Positions 38,956 through 53,636 of a stretch of DNA of 64,000 nucleotides are shown piece by piece (position 1 is the first letter of the stretch; each line of letters starts with the position of its first letter). The position numbers and the translations under genes are program-made. The stretch spans positions 4,960,001-5,024,000 of the forward strand of contig OX597837.1 in NCBI GenBank assembly GCA_951406725.2. Direction: 5' to 3'. Source of the stretch: Octopus vulgaris (lineage: Eukaryota). The notes under the pieces were generated by a model, which did not search any database, was not told the origin of the DNA, and saw only the letters and a program-made list of their open reading frames with translations.

Positions 38956-41320
38956 GAACTTATACTGTAATAATAAAGGAAAGGGTACATTGGATAATGT
39001 ATTTCAAGATACATTATACGTGGCCAAAAAGTAAAAAGGTAGATGAGCTGGGCACGGTTGGAACTACTTTGATCATAGGTCTACTGGATGACAGCTGACG
39101 AGAAGCTAAATGATAGGAAAAGTGTCAAAGCTTCAGATAGATTCACTGAGTCCGAAAAACTTGATGGGGAAAGACTTCGCCGGTCCCCACGCCATTTTCT
39201 CCAAAATTTGTTTTGTAAATTTTTTTTTTTTTTCCCAAAACACCCGTTTTCGGATACGGAGGTTCCTGAAAATTGCCAAAAATCGGCATTGTTAAATTCT
39301 CCCCCGCCCCACCAAATTCTTCAGTTTTTTACTTTTTCCCCCAAATCTATCCCTTGGGCTGATCTGGTAATCAAAGACTTGGATCTTTTCCTTTAAATAC
39401 AATTATCTCAAAAAAACTAATTGAAATTAATGTTTTCTTTTGACACATTCTACCAGTATACGAAGTTTCAAATTGTTTAGTTAACTAGAAAATTCCGTCC
39501 ATCAAAAGGAAAAGATCCAAAGAGTTTTCTTGGCAATGTGTCTACAACTAAGGCGCCATACATGTGGTTTACTTTCATAACCGAGGTTAGAATAAATACC
39601 ATGACCTCTTATCTTAGTCCTTTCTATCTATAAATTAGACTTTATGTTTTAATTTAAAAAAAAAAAAAGCAGCATTATTCTTGCCAACAGAGTAAAATAT
39701 ATTCCGCTAAGGAGGGTCTAATAAGGCCGGAATATGTCGCTGTCATGTCTTAACTTTAGATACTGGATTTACTCCCTTCTTCATTGACGATTAGGTGATC
39801 CTATAAGAGTGGAAATGTTTCTCTAGATATTTTTGAGTTGTAACCGACCCCACTCTCCCCACCCTTCTCTCTCTATCTGCGTGGTAAGAACTTGCTTCTC
39901 AACCACGTGGTTCCGGGTTCAGTCCCACTTCGTGGTACCTTGGTCAGTTGTTTGTTTGTTTGTGTGTGTGCGTGTGTTTGTGTGCGTGCGTGTATGTGCG
40001 TGTGTGTATGTGCGTGTGTTTGTGTGTGTGTGTGCGTGTGTTTGTTTGTGTATGTGTGCGTGTGTGTATGTGCGTGTTTGTTTGTGTGTGTGGGGGTGCG
40101 TGCGTGTGTTTGTGTGTGTGCGTGCGCGCGTGCATGTGTATGTGTGCGTGTGTCTGCGCACGCGTATGTTCACGTTCTCGTCAGCAAAAGAGCCCAACAG
40201 AATAAACGACCAGACTTTAATATAAGAAATAATAGCGTCGATTTGTTCGTCTAAAAAAAAATTCAAGTCGTTGCTACAGCATGGCCGCAATCCAATGACT
40301 GAAACAAGCGAAAGATAAAAAAAAAAAGATAATAAACATCATCAACAAACCGGTCTCACTACATGGTTAATTGACCTGCTAGAAATAGCAGCGAAATCTC
40401 CTTTCTATCACATGTGGACAACTTAACAAACAAACAAATGAATAAATTAATTAATTAATATAAATAAATAAGCAAATAATAAAGCGTAGCTCGGAGAATG
40501 CATGAAGAAAGGTGTTGCGGGCACGGATGGCACGCTTTTAAGGGAAAGTTTCGCCGAGCAGAATAAGCGGCAATGGCAATTAGTGTAAGGGAGATAACTC
40601 AACGCGGTAATGATAATTAAACTTTCACTAAACTGTTTCTGTCATTCGAATGGGTTGATGCTTTTTAGTTCCAAAAGCGTTCTAAACGTGGCCATCACAC
40701 CTGTTAGCTTCTTTTAGGATTATATAAGGATTCAATGTCTATTTTATCCTTTTTATGACGGTATTACGTTCTACAAATTAATGTAGTAGAATGAATTTTA
40801 CAATGACGTTTTGTGAATAGATGCATATTCCGGGGAGAGTCATCCTCTTCATTACTGATTACTTAACGTGGAGGTGCAATGGCCCAGTGGTTCGATTTCC
40901 ACTCATTTACTTATTTAATTATTATTTTTCCTACGAGTGGAAATCGAACCGGTGAGTGTGTTACATAATAAAGCACTAAAACAGAATGACTCTCCCTAGA
41001 CACAATAGAATATGCTTCAACACACGATTTCACATAAAGAATTTTGCAAACCAAATACATCCGAAAAAGAACAAATTTAAAGATGCAAAAATTAAGAAAG
41101 ACTCGTTAAAAAAATGATATTGAAGTGAAAATCATACGAAATTACATATTGATAATTGATTAAAATGATAATTGATTAAAATTGGCCCCCTTCCATACTC
41201 ATACACATATGTGTATGTCATGACTCATGCACTGTTCTTTTCCTGACGCTTGTACATTACCCTATGTACTATACATACACTTTAGATGAGTTGTAGTGCA
41301 CCTGAGCACTGTACACAATG

Positions 41321-41366
<46 letters not shown>

Positions 41367-41394
41367 AGCTTATATAGCCTTGAAAGGGAAGAGA

Positions 41395-41580
41395 AAATAG
41401 AACAAATGTACAGTTTTATTTTGTGTTTTAATATTTCAGGGTGAAGACCTCTTCTTCAGGATGTTTGGAAAAAGCAGGAGAGAGAAAAGATCTGTTTTTT
41501 TTTTTTCAAATGTCCTGCAGAAGAGGTTTTGACCCCAAAATAGTGAAATGCAAGGTAAACCTGCAACCTTGTTCTGTTTT
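41395..41580. repeat. Imperfect inverted repeat with degenerate hammerhead-like motif in each arm
   Basis: Minus CTGAAGA-AGAGG..CCCT-GAAATATT (41430-41460); plus CTGCAGA-AGAGG..CCCC-AAAATAGT (41516-41545). Confidence 0.45.
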
Positions 41581-42598
41581 GTAATTCTTTAAAATATTTA
41601 TTTTGTGTTAGGATGTCTTTTTAGATCGCATACCTTGAAATTGGTTTACCTGTGTAGGATGAAATATACCTCTGTGTGTACATGTGAGCATGCATGTGTG
41701 TGTGTGTACATGTGTGTGTCTGCATGTATCTGCATTCATGTGTGTATTTGTGTGTGTCTGCATGTGTGCTTGTGTATGTTGATGTGTGTGTGTGTGCATG
41801 TATGTCCACAGTCATGTGTGTGCTTGTGTATATATATGTGCATGTGTGTGTTTGTGTATCTGCATTCATGTGTGTGTTTGTGCATGTCTGCATGTGTGCT
41901 TCTGTATGTGCTTGTGTATGTGTGTGTGTGTGCATGTGTGTGTATCTACATTCATGTGTGTGTTCGTGTGTCTCTGCATGTGTGCTTGTGTATGTGCGTG
42001 TGTGTCTTTCATGTGTGTGTTCGTGTGTGTGTGCATGTGTGCTTGTATATGTGCATATGTGTGTGTGTGTGCATGTATGTGTATGTGTGGATGCATGTGT
42101 TGGTGTACATGTGTGCGCATGTGCATATGTGTGTGTGGAGTGTGTGTTTGTAAGTGCATATATATGTGTGTGTGTGTGTGCGTGGTATCTTTTATCTTTT
42201 ACTTGTTTCAGTTTTTGGACTGAGGCCATGCTGGGGCACTGCCTTGCGGAAGAATTTTGGTCGAAAGAACTGAATCGACCCCAGTACTTATTATTTTTCT
42301 TTTTTAAGTCAGGTCTGTTTTGCTGAACTGCTAAGTCATGGGGATGTAAAAACACTGGTTCTCAAACAGTGGTGGGGACAAACTCGGACACAAAGACACA
42401 CCACACACACACACACTCACACACATACACACACATATATATATGTATACGATGGGATTCTTTTAGTTTCTGTCTACCAAATCCACTCACAAAATTTTGG
42501 TTAATCTGAGGCTGTAGTTAAAGATACTTGTCCAAAGTTTCACACACGCACACACAAATATATATGCACATACACACATGCATACATGTATGCATACA

Positions 42599-42652
<54 letters not shown>

Positions 42653-43355
42653 TAGATAGATATATATACGGTGCTCCAGCATGACCACAGTCGAATGATT
42701 GTAAAAGAATAAAAGGAAAGTATATAAGTAAGTGCATAGGTATGTATGTATGTATGCTTGTATGTATGTATATATTTTTGTATGTATGTATGTATTGTGT
42801 GTGTGTGCATATATGTATGTATGTATGTGTGTATGTATATGAGTACGTATGTTTGTTAGTATATATGTATGTATATATGTAAGTGTGTATGTGTGTATGT
42901 ATGTATTTACGTTCGTATGTGTGTACATATGTCTGTCTGTCTGTATGTATGTATGTGTGTGTATGCATATGTATATATATAACAAATGCATGTGTTTATG
43001 TATGTTTTCATGTATGTATGTATGCATGCGTTTATACATGTGTGTATGTGTGTGTGTGTTTATGTGTATGAGAGAGACAGTGAGGGAAAGAGAGAGGAGA
43101 GAGAGAGAAAGAGTCTGTGGGGCTGTTTCTAAGTGCTTACATTACAACAGATTGGACAGTGCTGAAGCCATCAAATGGTCAGACAATAATGGCGGAAGGG
43201 GGTGGGGATGTTTAACCAAGCAATGTTTGGAATCAAAGTGCAATCAATACCTCTAATCAATATATAATGAGTTAGAACAAAAAAATCAATACTGTGAAAC
43301 CGTTTTAACGGACATAAAATTTGAAATCAATATTTCATCACCACATCTGAAGGAA

Positions 43356-43405
<50 letters not shown>

Positions 43406-43459
43406 ATTATAATGATAATGATAATAATAATAATGATGATGCTGATAATAATAATAATA

Positions 43460-43507
<48 letters not shown>

Positions 43508-43510
<3 letters not shown>

Positions 43511-44064
43511 CCCTGATGCAGTACCAGGCAGTGGCTCTCATGGCTTCTGATCTTAACTGATTGGAAGTGTTATCATGTACATTGTTTTGTCTTGGTATAA
43601 AAGATGGGCTACAGCAAATATTCTGCTCAATACCACAGATTTGCTTGTCAGTTGTTTGACCTTAACCAGTTGAGCATGTCCCTTAGTGGCTGACGACATG
43701 TGCATCTCTGATCACGAGCAGAAGTAGTGGAGGAGCATCATAGCCATGTGTTGAGAAGGATTCTTTGGGGTTTGAATAGTTCACCTCTGGAAAGATGGGT
43801 GGTTCTTTCAACATCCTTAAACAACCCTTATTCAGGGACCGTTTGAGCGGGATGGGCTACTCAACCTGAAGAAAATTCTAACTGGGCCCCACCTGCAAGG
43901 TCATGTGCTGTTTATCTTGATATGAGATCACCATGTCGCGCACATATGGTTGTGATGCATGTGCCTGGTGTACCTTTATCAGACGGGTAGTCATGATGGG
44001 TATATTGGGCTTCGTATATTTTACCCCAGTGTCACTTTGATGGCATGAACTGCTCTCTCACTCA
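43508..44064. mobile_element. ~555-bp (AAT)n-inserted repeat, inverted relative to 14046
   Basis: Reverse complement of 14046-14600, between two long (AAT)n tracts. Confidence 0.8.
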
Positions 44065-44100
44065 ATGATAATAATAGTAATAGTAATAATAATAATAATG

Positions 44101-44137
<37 letters not shown>

Positions 44138-44210
44138 TAATGATAATGATGATGATAATAATAATAATGATAATGATAATGATGATGATAATAATAATAA
44201 TAATAATAAC

Positions 44211-44268
<58 letters not shown>

Positions 44269-44298
44269 GCTATAATAATAATAGTAATAATAATGATA

Positions 44299-44339
<41 letters not shown>

Positions 44340-44350
44340 AATAACAATAG

Positions 44351-45040
44351 GGCCTTACCGAGGCAATGATTAGTGATCGAGACCTTTGGAGATATGCTGT
44401 GCTTGAGAAGACCCGACAAGCCAAGTGAGACCATAACCCGTGGCCTTTGCCAGTGGTGTATAACCAGTCCACTTATGAGTACCCCTCATTCATTAGACAA
44501 TAAACTTTGCTTGTGAAGATCTGTTGAGGCAAGTGAAATCAAAATCGAAATCGCTGACATGGCCGATGACAGTACCACCTGATTGGCACTTGTGCCAGTG
44601 TAATGTTAAAAGCACCATCCAAGTGTGATCGTTACCAGGGCTGCTGATTGGCTCCCATGCTGTCAGCACATGTAAAGCACCATTCGAGCGTGATCAGTGC
44701 CAGCATTGCCTAACTGGCACATGTACAAGTGGCACATCAAAAGACAACATTCGAGTGTGGTCGTTGCCGGTGCCACCAGACTGGCTCCTGTGACAGTTGT
44801 AAGTAAAAAACACCTTTTGAGCGTGGTCGATGCCTGAACAACCTGACTGGCCCTCATGCCAGTGGCACTTAAAAGCATCCATTACACTCTCAGAGTGGTT
44901 GGCATTAGGAAGGGCATCCAGCTGTAGAAACACTGCCAGATCAGACTGGAGCCTGGTGCAGCTTCCTGGCTTGCCAATCTCCAGTCAAACCGTCCAACCC
45001 ATGCCAGCATGGAAAGCGGACGTTAAACGACAATGATGAT
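44351..45040 (+). mobile_element. 5'-truncated RTE-type LINE (ORF C-terminus plus long 3' UTR)
   Basis: Translates GLTEAMISDRDLWRYAVLEKTRQAK* (DR..WR motif), then ~60-bp hairpin subrepeats and a (GAT)n tail. Confidence 0.75.
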
Positions 45041-45540
45041 CATGAATAATAATAAACCTTTCTATTATAGGCACAAGGCCTGAAATTTGAGGGGGGGTAT
45101 AGTCAATGACATCGACCCCAGTACTTGACTGGTACTCAATTTATTGAACCCCCACCTCTCCCTGAAAGGCTGAAAGGCAAAGTTGACCTCAGCGGAATTT
45201 GAACTCAGAACATAGAGACGGATGAAATGTCGCTAAGCATTTTTACCAGTGTGCTAATTGGTTCTGCCAGCTCTCCACCTTCATAATAATAATAGTAATA
45301 ATAATAATAATAATTATTATTATTATTATTATTTCCAAATTTTTCCACAAGGGCAGCTTGGTGGAGGTGGTGATATGTTGATTACATTGACCCCAGTGCT
45401 CAACTGGTCCTTTATACTATCAACCCCGAAAGAATAAGAGGCAAATTTGAACTTGACAGAATTTGAACTCAGAACATAGCAGCAAATGAAATACCGCTAA
45501 GCATTTTGCCCAGCATGCCAACGGTTCTGCCAGCTCTCCA

Positions 45541-45596
<56 letters not shown>

Positions 45597-45600
<4 letters not shown>

Positions 45601-45993
45601 CTGAGCAAGTATAAAGATCTTTAAATAGAAATTAGCAAAACAAAATGTGGAACCCCAAGACTAAAACAATACCTGTTGTCATAGGTGCCCTAGGAATGAT
45701 AGCAAAAGGGGCTGATTGCTACTTAGCTCAGATACCAGGAAACCCCAAAATGGCAGAAATTCAAAAGATAGTGCTCATGGGAACTACTCATATCCTACGT
45801 AAAATACTGTCTATGTAATTCCAAATTTTAAAACAAACTCATAATTTTCTTATGTTTTCTTAAACATTCTCTAGAACAACTTTATGCAAAACTAAATATA
45901 TTACACCCTAGGCATAACACCAGCATGAACTTCTAACATGAACTTCTAACTTGTTGTCTCTTGAGGTCTCTGGGTGAGACTTGGAGCCAACTT
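45597..45993 (+). mobile_element. Dong/R4-clade non-LTR retrotransposon 3' fragment
   Basis: KLSKYKDL*IEISK..MWN..TIPVVIGALG..IQKIVLMGTTHILRKILSM* is the end of a restriction-like endonuclease domain; one stop and one frameshift; directly follows (TAA)n. Confidence 0.85.
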
Positions 45994-46616
45994 AATGATG
46001 ATGACGATGATGGTTTCAGACTTTCAGGCCAGCAATTCTGATTACATTGACCCCAGTGTTCTACTGCTAATTGTCAACAGTGAAAGGATGAAAGGCAAAC
46101 ATGATCATGATCATGATACTCCTCCTCCTCATCCCCATCCTCATCATCATTCCCCTCCTCCTCATCACCCCTCCTATCCCACATAACTACGTGACCATGC
46201 TGATGTTCTTCTAATATTTCAACTATATAAAACATCCTGGATCGAAAAGATCCAATGTCCTTTTCTTTTTTTTATGATGCGAATATGGAGATTTAGCTGA
46301 TGTTTCTTGCAGTCCGAAAACACCCACTAAGGTGTCCTTCTTTTGATGTCTTTAGGCAAGGGATTTAAAACCTACATGAAAGGCTCATATATTTTATTTT
46401 ATCAAACACCACAAGATATTTTCTCGATGCCCTACAGATTATGCCAAGTGGCTGGTTAAAAAAATTTGAAGCCTATAAACCGGCAGCAAATAACAACGAA
46501 TTCGCCCGCAAATTACTTCTTAACGTCTTGACAAAAATACGGGCTCTATAAAAAGACGTAGACGGAACACTTTTGACGATAGGTTCGACCCATCAAGATC
46601 CACTTAAGATTAAGCA

Positions 46617-46866
<250 letters not shown>

Positions 46867-46914
46867 AACAAACGAAAGAACTATAATGAAGAAGTTAGAA
46901 AATATTGTAGAATA

Positions 46915-47018
46915 GGCACCTTGGGCAAGTGTCTTCTGCTATAGCCTCGGGCTGACCAAAGCCTTCTGAGTGGATTTGGTAGACGGAAACTGAAAGAAGC
47001 CCGTCGTATATATGTATG

Positions 47019-47065
<47 letters not shown>

Positions 47066-47066
47066 C

Positions 47067-47140
<74 letters not shown>

Positions 47141-47370
47141 GTGTATGTGTGTGTGTATATGTTTGTGTGTCTGTGTTTGTCTCCCCAGCATCGCTTGACA
47201 ACCGAGGCTGGTGTGTTTACGTCCCCGTAACTTAGCGGTTCGGCAAAACAGACCGATAGAATACGTACTAGGCTTACAAAGAATAAGTCCTGGTGTCGAT
47301 TTGCTCGACTAAAAAAGGCGGTGCTCCAGCATGGCCACAGTCAAATGACTGAAACAAGTAAAAGAGTAAA
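46915..47370 (+). mobile_element. CORE-like SINE, 5'-truncated
   Basis: Begins at GGCACCTTGGGCAAG. Confidence 0.85.
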
Positions 47371-47679
47371 TGAGTGAAATTATTTTCACTGTAGTTACTT
47401 CCCTTTAAAACTATTAGCAGTTGTCTCCCTTCCAAACCTATTATTGAGTTATTTCTCTTGAATTTATCAAACGTTTTCGTCTGGTTTTCTCCAATTTATT
47501 CTTTTCATGCGTAATCGTTTTCCTTCGTTGTATTTTTCTAAATAATAAAAGTGCGATATTAAATAAATATTGATTTCAAATTTTGGCACAAAGCCAGCAA
47601 TTTCAAGGAAAAGAGTAAGATCTCCACTGGTACTTATGTATTTGCTGTTAACATGTTGGGGGTTCACTAGTAACGATAT

Positions 47680-48633
47680 TTTTTTCTACTCTAGGCACAA
47701 GGCTAGAAATTTTGGGGGAGGGGGCCTGTCGATTAGATCGATCCTAGTATACTACTGGTACTTAATTTATCGACTCCGAAAGGATGAAAGGTAAAGGTTG
47801 ACCTCGGCGAAATTTGAACTCAGAACGTAGCGGCAGACAAAATACCTATTTCTTTACTACCCACAAGGGGCTAAACACAGAGGGGACACACAAGGACAGA
47901 CAAACGGATTAAGTTAATTACATCGACTCCAGTGCGTAACTGGTAGTTATTTAATCGACCCCGAAAGGATGAAAAGTAAAGTCGACCTCGGCGGAATTTG
48001 AACTCAGAACGTAAAGGCAGACGAAATACCATATTTCTTTACTACCCACAAGGGGCTAAACACAGAGAGGACAAACAAGGACAGACAAACGGATTAAGTC
48101 GATTACATCGACCCCAGTGCGTAACTGGTACTTATTTAATCGACCCCGAAAGGATGAAAAGGCAAAAGTTGACCTCAGCGGAATTTGAACTCAGAATGTA
48201 AAGGCAGACGAAATACATATTTCTTTACTACCCACAAGGGGATAAACACAGAGAGGACAAAGAAGGACAGACAAATGGATTAAGTCGCTAATATCTACCC
48301 CAGTGCGTAACTGGTACTTATTTAATTGACCTCGAAAGAATGAAAGGCAAAGTCGACCTCGGCGGACTTTGAACTCAGAATGTAGCAGCAGACGAAATAC
48401 CTATTTCTTTACTACCCACAAGGGGTTAAACACAGAGAGGACAAACAAGGATAGACAAATGGATTAAGTCGATTACATCGACCCCAGTGCGTAACTGGTA
48501 CTTATTTAATCGACCCCGAAAGGATGAAAGGTAAAGGTTGACGTCGGCGGAATTTGAACTCAGAACGTAGCGGCAGACGAAATACTGCTAAGCATTTCAC
48601 CCGGTGTGCTAACGTTTCTGCCAGCTCACTGCC
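47680..48633 (-). mobile_element. Meta-like SINE pentamer (~185-bp units)
   Basis: AATAC junction at 47841, 48025, 48212, 48396, 48581; head only on the rightmost unit. Confidence 0.85.
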
Positions 48634-48817
48634 TTTGTACATATTGAATAAATATTTTAAAAGAATAATAATAATAATAATAATAAAGCAGGCACAATTG
48701 TGTCTGTGTGGTAAGAAGCTTCTCTTGTTTACTCTTTTTTTTTATTTATTCTTGATGATCAGAACAAACCCTAAAGTATTTATATACACTGTCACCTTCA
48801 CCACCACAAGCACCACC

Positions 48818-48849
<32 letters not shown>

Positions 48850-50443
48850 CAACAACGACAGCAACAATAACAACATTACCACTATAACTGCCACCACCTA
48901 CCACTACCACCATTGCTGTTGCTGCCACCACCGCTACAACTAACATCACCCTCCCCACCCCCTCCACCGTCACCAAGATCATGACAACCACGATGATGAC
49001 CACCACCACCACCACCACCACTACTGATATCACCTCACTCCCATGATCACAAGTACTACTGCTACTACCACCACCACCACCACCACCACCACCACCAGCA
49101 CCTCTGCCACGATGATGATGACCAGCACCAGCACCACCACCACCACCACCACCGCCGCCACCACCACCACCACTACTACTGACACCACCTCACTCCCATG
49201 ATCACAAGTACCACTGCTTCAACCATCACCACTACAACCACCACCACCACCAACACCACCTCTGCCACGACGACGACCACCACTGCCACCACACTACATT
49301 AAATTGTACTACGCCACATATGTTATAGAACAGTAAACACCATGCTACACAACTACACACCACACCTCACTGCAGGGAGTAGGGTGTTCACACTACAACA
49401 CCACACCATACTGCACCACCCCGGGCCACCAAAGCCATTTCCTATCCATATGTGTTAAGACAGTGGTAACATTGTTTTCAGCGAAAATAAGAAGGATTTA
49501 GAAAAAAGGATTAAAAACTATAAAAAAAGGGGTTAACAAAACAAACAAAACAAAAAAAGAAATATAATAAAACACAAATATAAAAAAAATATATAATTTA
49601 AGGTTTGGTTTGGATTTAGCGAATTTGAGGGTCCCACCCCCAAACTTCCTTACTGACTCCTTTGGTATAAAGGGCCACTATTATTTCTACATGGTTCCTT
49701 GGTTATTTATGTTACCCTAATGTGTGCCATTAGGCCTTTGTTTATTTAGGGAGATACCAAATGAGGGAAGGGAGTTTTCTATTTTGGCCCCGTTCACTTG
49801 TTTCAAAGAAGAGGGAATAGAAATTGAAAATGAAATTTAAGTATATTCTTTAATTCGTTTCAGTCATTTGACTGCGGCCATGCTGGAGCATGACCTTTAC
49901 TCAGACAAACCGACGCCCCGGGACTTATTTTTGTAAGCCTAGTACTTATTCTATCGGTCTCTTTTGCTGAACCGCTAAGTTACAGGGACATAAACACACC
50001 AGCATAGGTTGTCAAACGATTGTTGCGGGGACAAACACAGACACACACACACACACATACACACACAAACACACACGTTTCAGTCATTTGACTGTGGCCA
50101 TGCTGGAGCACCACCTTGGAGAGTTTCAGTCGAACAAATCAACCGAGAGACTTGTTGCTTTTTAAGCTTAGTACTTATTCTATCAGTCTCTTTTGCCGAA
50201 CTGCTAAGCTACAGGGAGATAAACACACCAACACCAGTTACCAAGTGGTGATGGAGGACAAATACAGGCACAAAAACATACACATGTAAATATATAGACA
50301 TATATAAATTGAATTGTGGCCATGCTGTGGCACCGCCTTGCAGAGTTTATTTGAACAAATTGGATCCAGCACTTGCGTCTTCTTTTAAAATCTGGTATTC
50401 CTTTTATTGGACTCTTGTGATGAATTGCTACATCAGAGAGATA

Positions 50444-50860
50444 TCATCATCATCATCATCATCATCAACATCGTTTAATGTCCGTTTTCCGTGCTAGCAT
50501 GGGTTGGACTGTTCGACTGGGGTCTGGGAAGCCAGGAGGCTGCACCAGGCTCCAGTCTGATCTGGCAGTGTTTCTACAGCTGGACGCCCTTTCTAATGCC
50601 AACCACTCCATAAGAGTAGCGGGTGCTTTTTTTGTGCCACCAGCACAGGTGCCAGGGGAGGCTGGCAGCGGTCATGATCAGTTGGTGCTTTTTACGTGCC
50701 ACCAGCACAGAAGCCGGTCAGGGTGGCACTGGCATCGACCACGTTCGGATGGTGCTTTTTATGTGCCACCGGCACAGGTATCACAACTACAATTTCCATT
50801 TGATATTTATTTTGATGTTGATGTGCTTGACTCAATAGGTCTCCTCAAGCACAGCAGGTC
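50444..50860 (-). mobile_element. RTE-type LINE 3' UTR fragment
   Basis: Reverse-complement match to 5470-5911. Confidence 0.7.
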
Positions 50861-50871
50861 ACATGTCACCA

Positions 50872-50927
<56 letters not shown>

Positions 50928-51128
50928 CAATAAGAAAATGGAGTGGATCAATAGGTGGTTCATCAGTTTTTAGACATTATATTATGTCAGTTTATTTATT
51001 TATTTACTAAAATGACAATTACAAGAATATATATATGCATGTATAACATATTAAGCTTTACATATAAAATGTATAAAGATACCAGTAATTATTAAAATAT
51101 ATAACATACAGGAATAGAAATTGGGAAA

Positions 51129-51256
51129 ATATCTTACAGCTGTTTCAGCCAAGAGGCAAAAATACCTCATTTTACCTTTATCCCTCCAGTAGACAGAAGT
51201 AATTAGTAGATGAAATTGAGGTACTTGGGTGTTTCTCTAGGCTTCGTCAGTGATTT
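51129..51256 (-). ncRNA. Hammerhead-like motif with ~100-nt stem II
   Basis: AUCA-CUGACGA-AGCC..UACCUCA..UGAGGUA..GGCU-GAAA-CAGCUG-UA-AGAU; first stem I pair mismatched. Confidence 0.6.
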
Positions 51257-51799
51257 TAGAAAGTAAATAAGGTTAAGTTATAGTACCCTCACCCATTTAG
51301 TATTCTCAGTAATATAATTGCAATGCAATAAAAAACACTTGGGTATTAATAATTGGGTATTCTACCAGCAGTATATTGGATAGATATTATCCCTTAGTTG
51401 GTTGGATTCACAACCTCTAGCTTTCATGGAATTATATATATGTATATACACACATCCACTCCGCAAATAAATCTCAAATTTTATTTAATTTGCTTTTTGC
51501 GGGAAGGACTGTTTCAATGAAGGCGTGTCTCGCCTTTACCTTCAAAACACGGAGTAGATGAAACAGAGGTGACTGAAGAAGGGGAATGTTCCTTGTGTTA
51601 TTTGTCCTGTACTCTATTTTTTCGTTGTTAAAGAAAAATGTCCATTTCCTTGGTTTTGTGTTTATGTTTTCGTTTCTCATTGTGTTTGACGTTTTTTTTT
51701 TTGGTGTCCTGTACTCATATATGCGTGTATATATACATGTAGAGGTAGGTACGTACATATATGTATGTATATATGCATATGTTTTATTTATTAATTTGT

Positions 51800-51914
51800 T
51801 ATTATATATATGTATGTATGTATTATGTATGTATGTATGTATGTATGTATTATGTATGTATGCATGTATGTATGTATGTATGTATGTATGTATGTATGTA
51901 TGCATGCATTCATG

Positions 51915-51971
<57 letters not shown>

Positions 51972-52240
51972 AAATGTATGTATGTATGTATGTATGTATG
52001 TATGTATGTATGTATGTATGTATGTATGTATGTGTGTATGTGTGTATGTATGTATGTATGTATGTATGTATGTATGTATGTGTGTATGTATGTATGTATG
52101 TATGTATGTATGTATGTATGTATGTATGTATGTATGAATGTATGAATGAATGTATGTATGTATGCATGAATGCATGTATGTATGTATGTATGTATGCATA
52201 TATGTATGTATGTATGTATGTATATATGTATGTATATAAA
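51800..52240. repeat. (ATGT)n microsatellite
   Basis: Source of the spurious 301-aa ORF. Confidence 0.95.
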
Positions 52241-53039
52241 TAGATAGATAGATTAATAGATAGGTATGTGTGTGTGTGTGGTTATGTCTGTTTGTATCTC
52301 CTTGTCTTGACATCACGATAGATGTAAAGAAGCGTGCACAGCCTCCATTATTTCTGATCTGCCTTGAAAACCTGCCCAATCCTTATTCCTCTAATCTGTA
52401 ATCCGATGCACCCCCCACCGCCATTACATGTTGGCTGCCTTCTTTCCTTTAAACTTAATCGTTATTTCACTTGAATGATTTCTTCATTCCTCACCATTTC
52501 TTTCTTTAACATCTTTTATATCAGAGAAAGACATCACTCCAAATGGCATTCTAGAAATTCCAACAGTGATATCCAACCCTAGATTTTTTTTACTTAACCC
52601 TTCCTGATGCCAAACCATCTCAGATCACTCCTGATTCTGTGATACAAACTTCTTGAGTAAAGTAATCAACATTAAAGCATTCTATCAAAATATTGTAAAG
52701 GCGTCGAGCGGGATTTTGTCTGTCTTTATGTTCTGAAGTTCAAATTCCGCATATGTGTAGGAGTGGCCATCTGGTAAGTGGCTGCTTATATATAAGTATA
52801 TCTAGGACTACATTTTCTAATGTGTCTTCCCTTTCCTGTTTATGACAGTAGTATATGATTTGAGGGAGATTTGGCTGCTACTTTTGACACAGGACTACAT
52901 TAGCTAATGTATTACTTCATTTCTGAGTCACTAGTGATGCGTGATTTGAGGGAGATTTAGCTTCTATTTCAGTCACAGTGTACCTAGAACTACATTATGT
53001 AATGTACCATCCTTTTTTTCTTTAAAATAACAGTAGGAG

Positions 53040-53504
<465 letters not shown>

Positions 53505-53636
53505 AACAGAGTATCAGTTTACATTCCAAACATCAAAATACCAAGCTAATTTATGTTCTGAACTCTGTCTTAATGATGGCAATCATATTTTAGTAAATCC
53601 TTTATCATTTTCAAAAATATTTGAGGCAAAGGCAGT

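Noticed and set aside
46525-46560. TTGACA..TATAAA bacterial-promoter-like pair
   Set aside because: Spacing too short, no downstream ORF, eukaryotic DNA.
47680-48633. Regular repeat arrays (also 10193-10870, 15911-16510) as CRISPR-like
   Set aside because: No unique spacers, no cas genes, eukaryotic context.
48795-49300. Poly-Thr/His-like coding stretch
   Set aside because: (CAC/CAA)n low-complexity tract with a ~155-bp internal duplication and no exon signals.
51474-52379. 301-aa ORF and the many YI/HT/CV-rich ORFs (e.g. 41605-43256, 62003-62604)
   Set aside because: Translations of (ATGT)n, (TA)n and (CA)n microsatellites.
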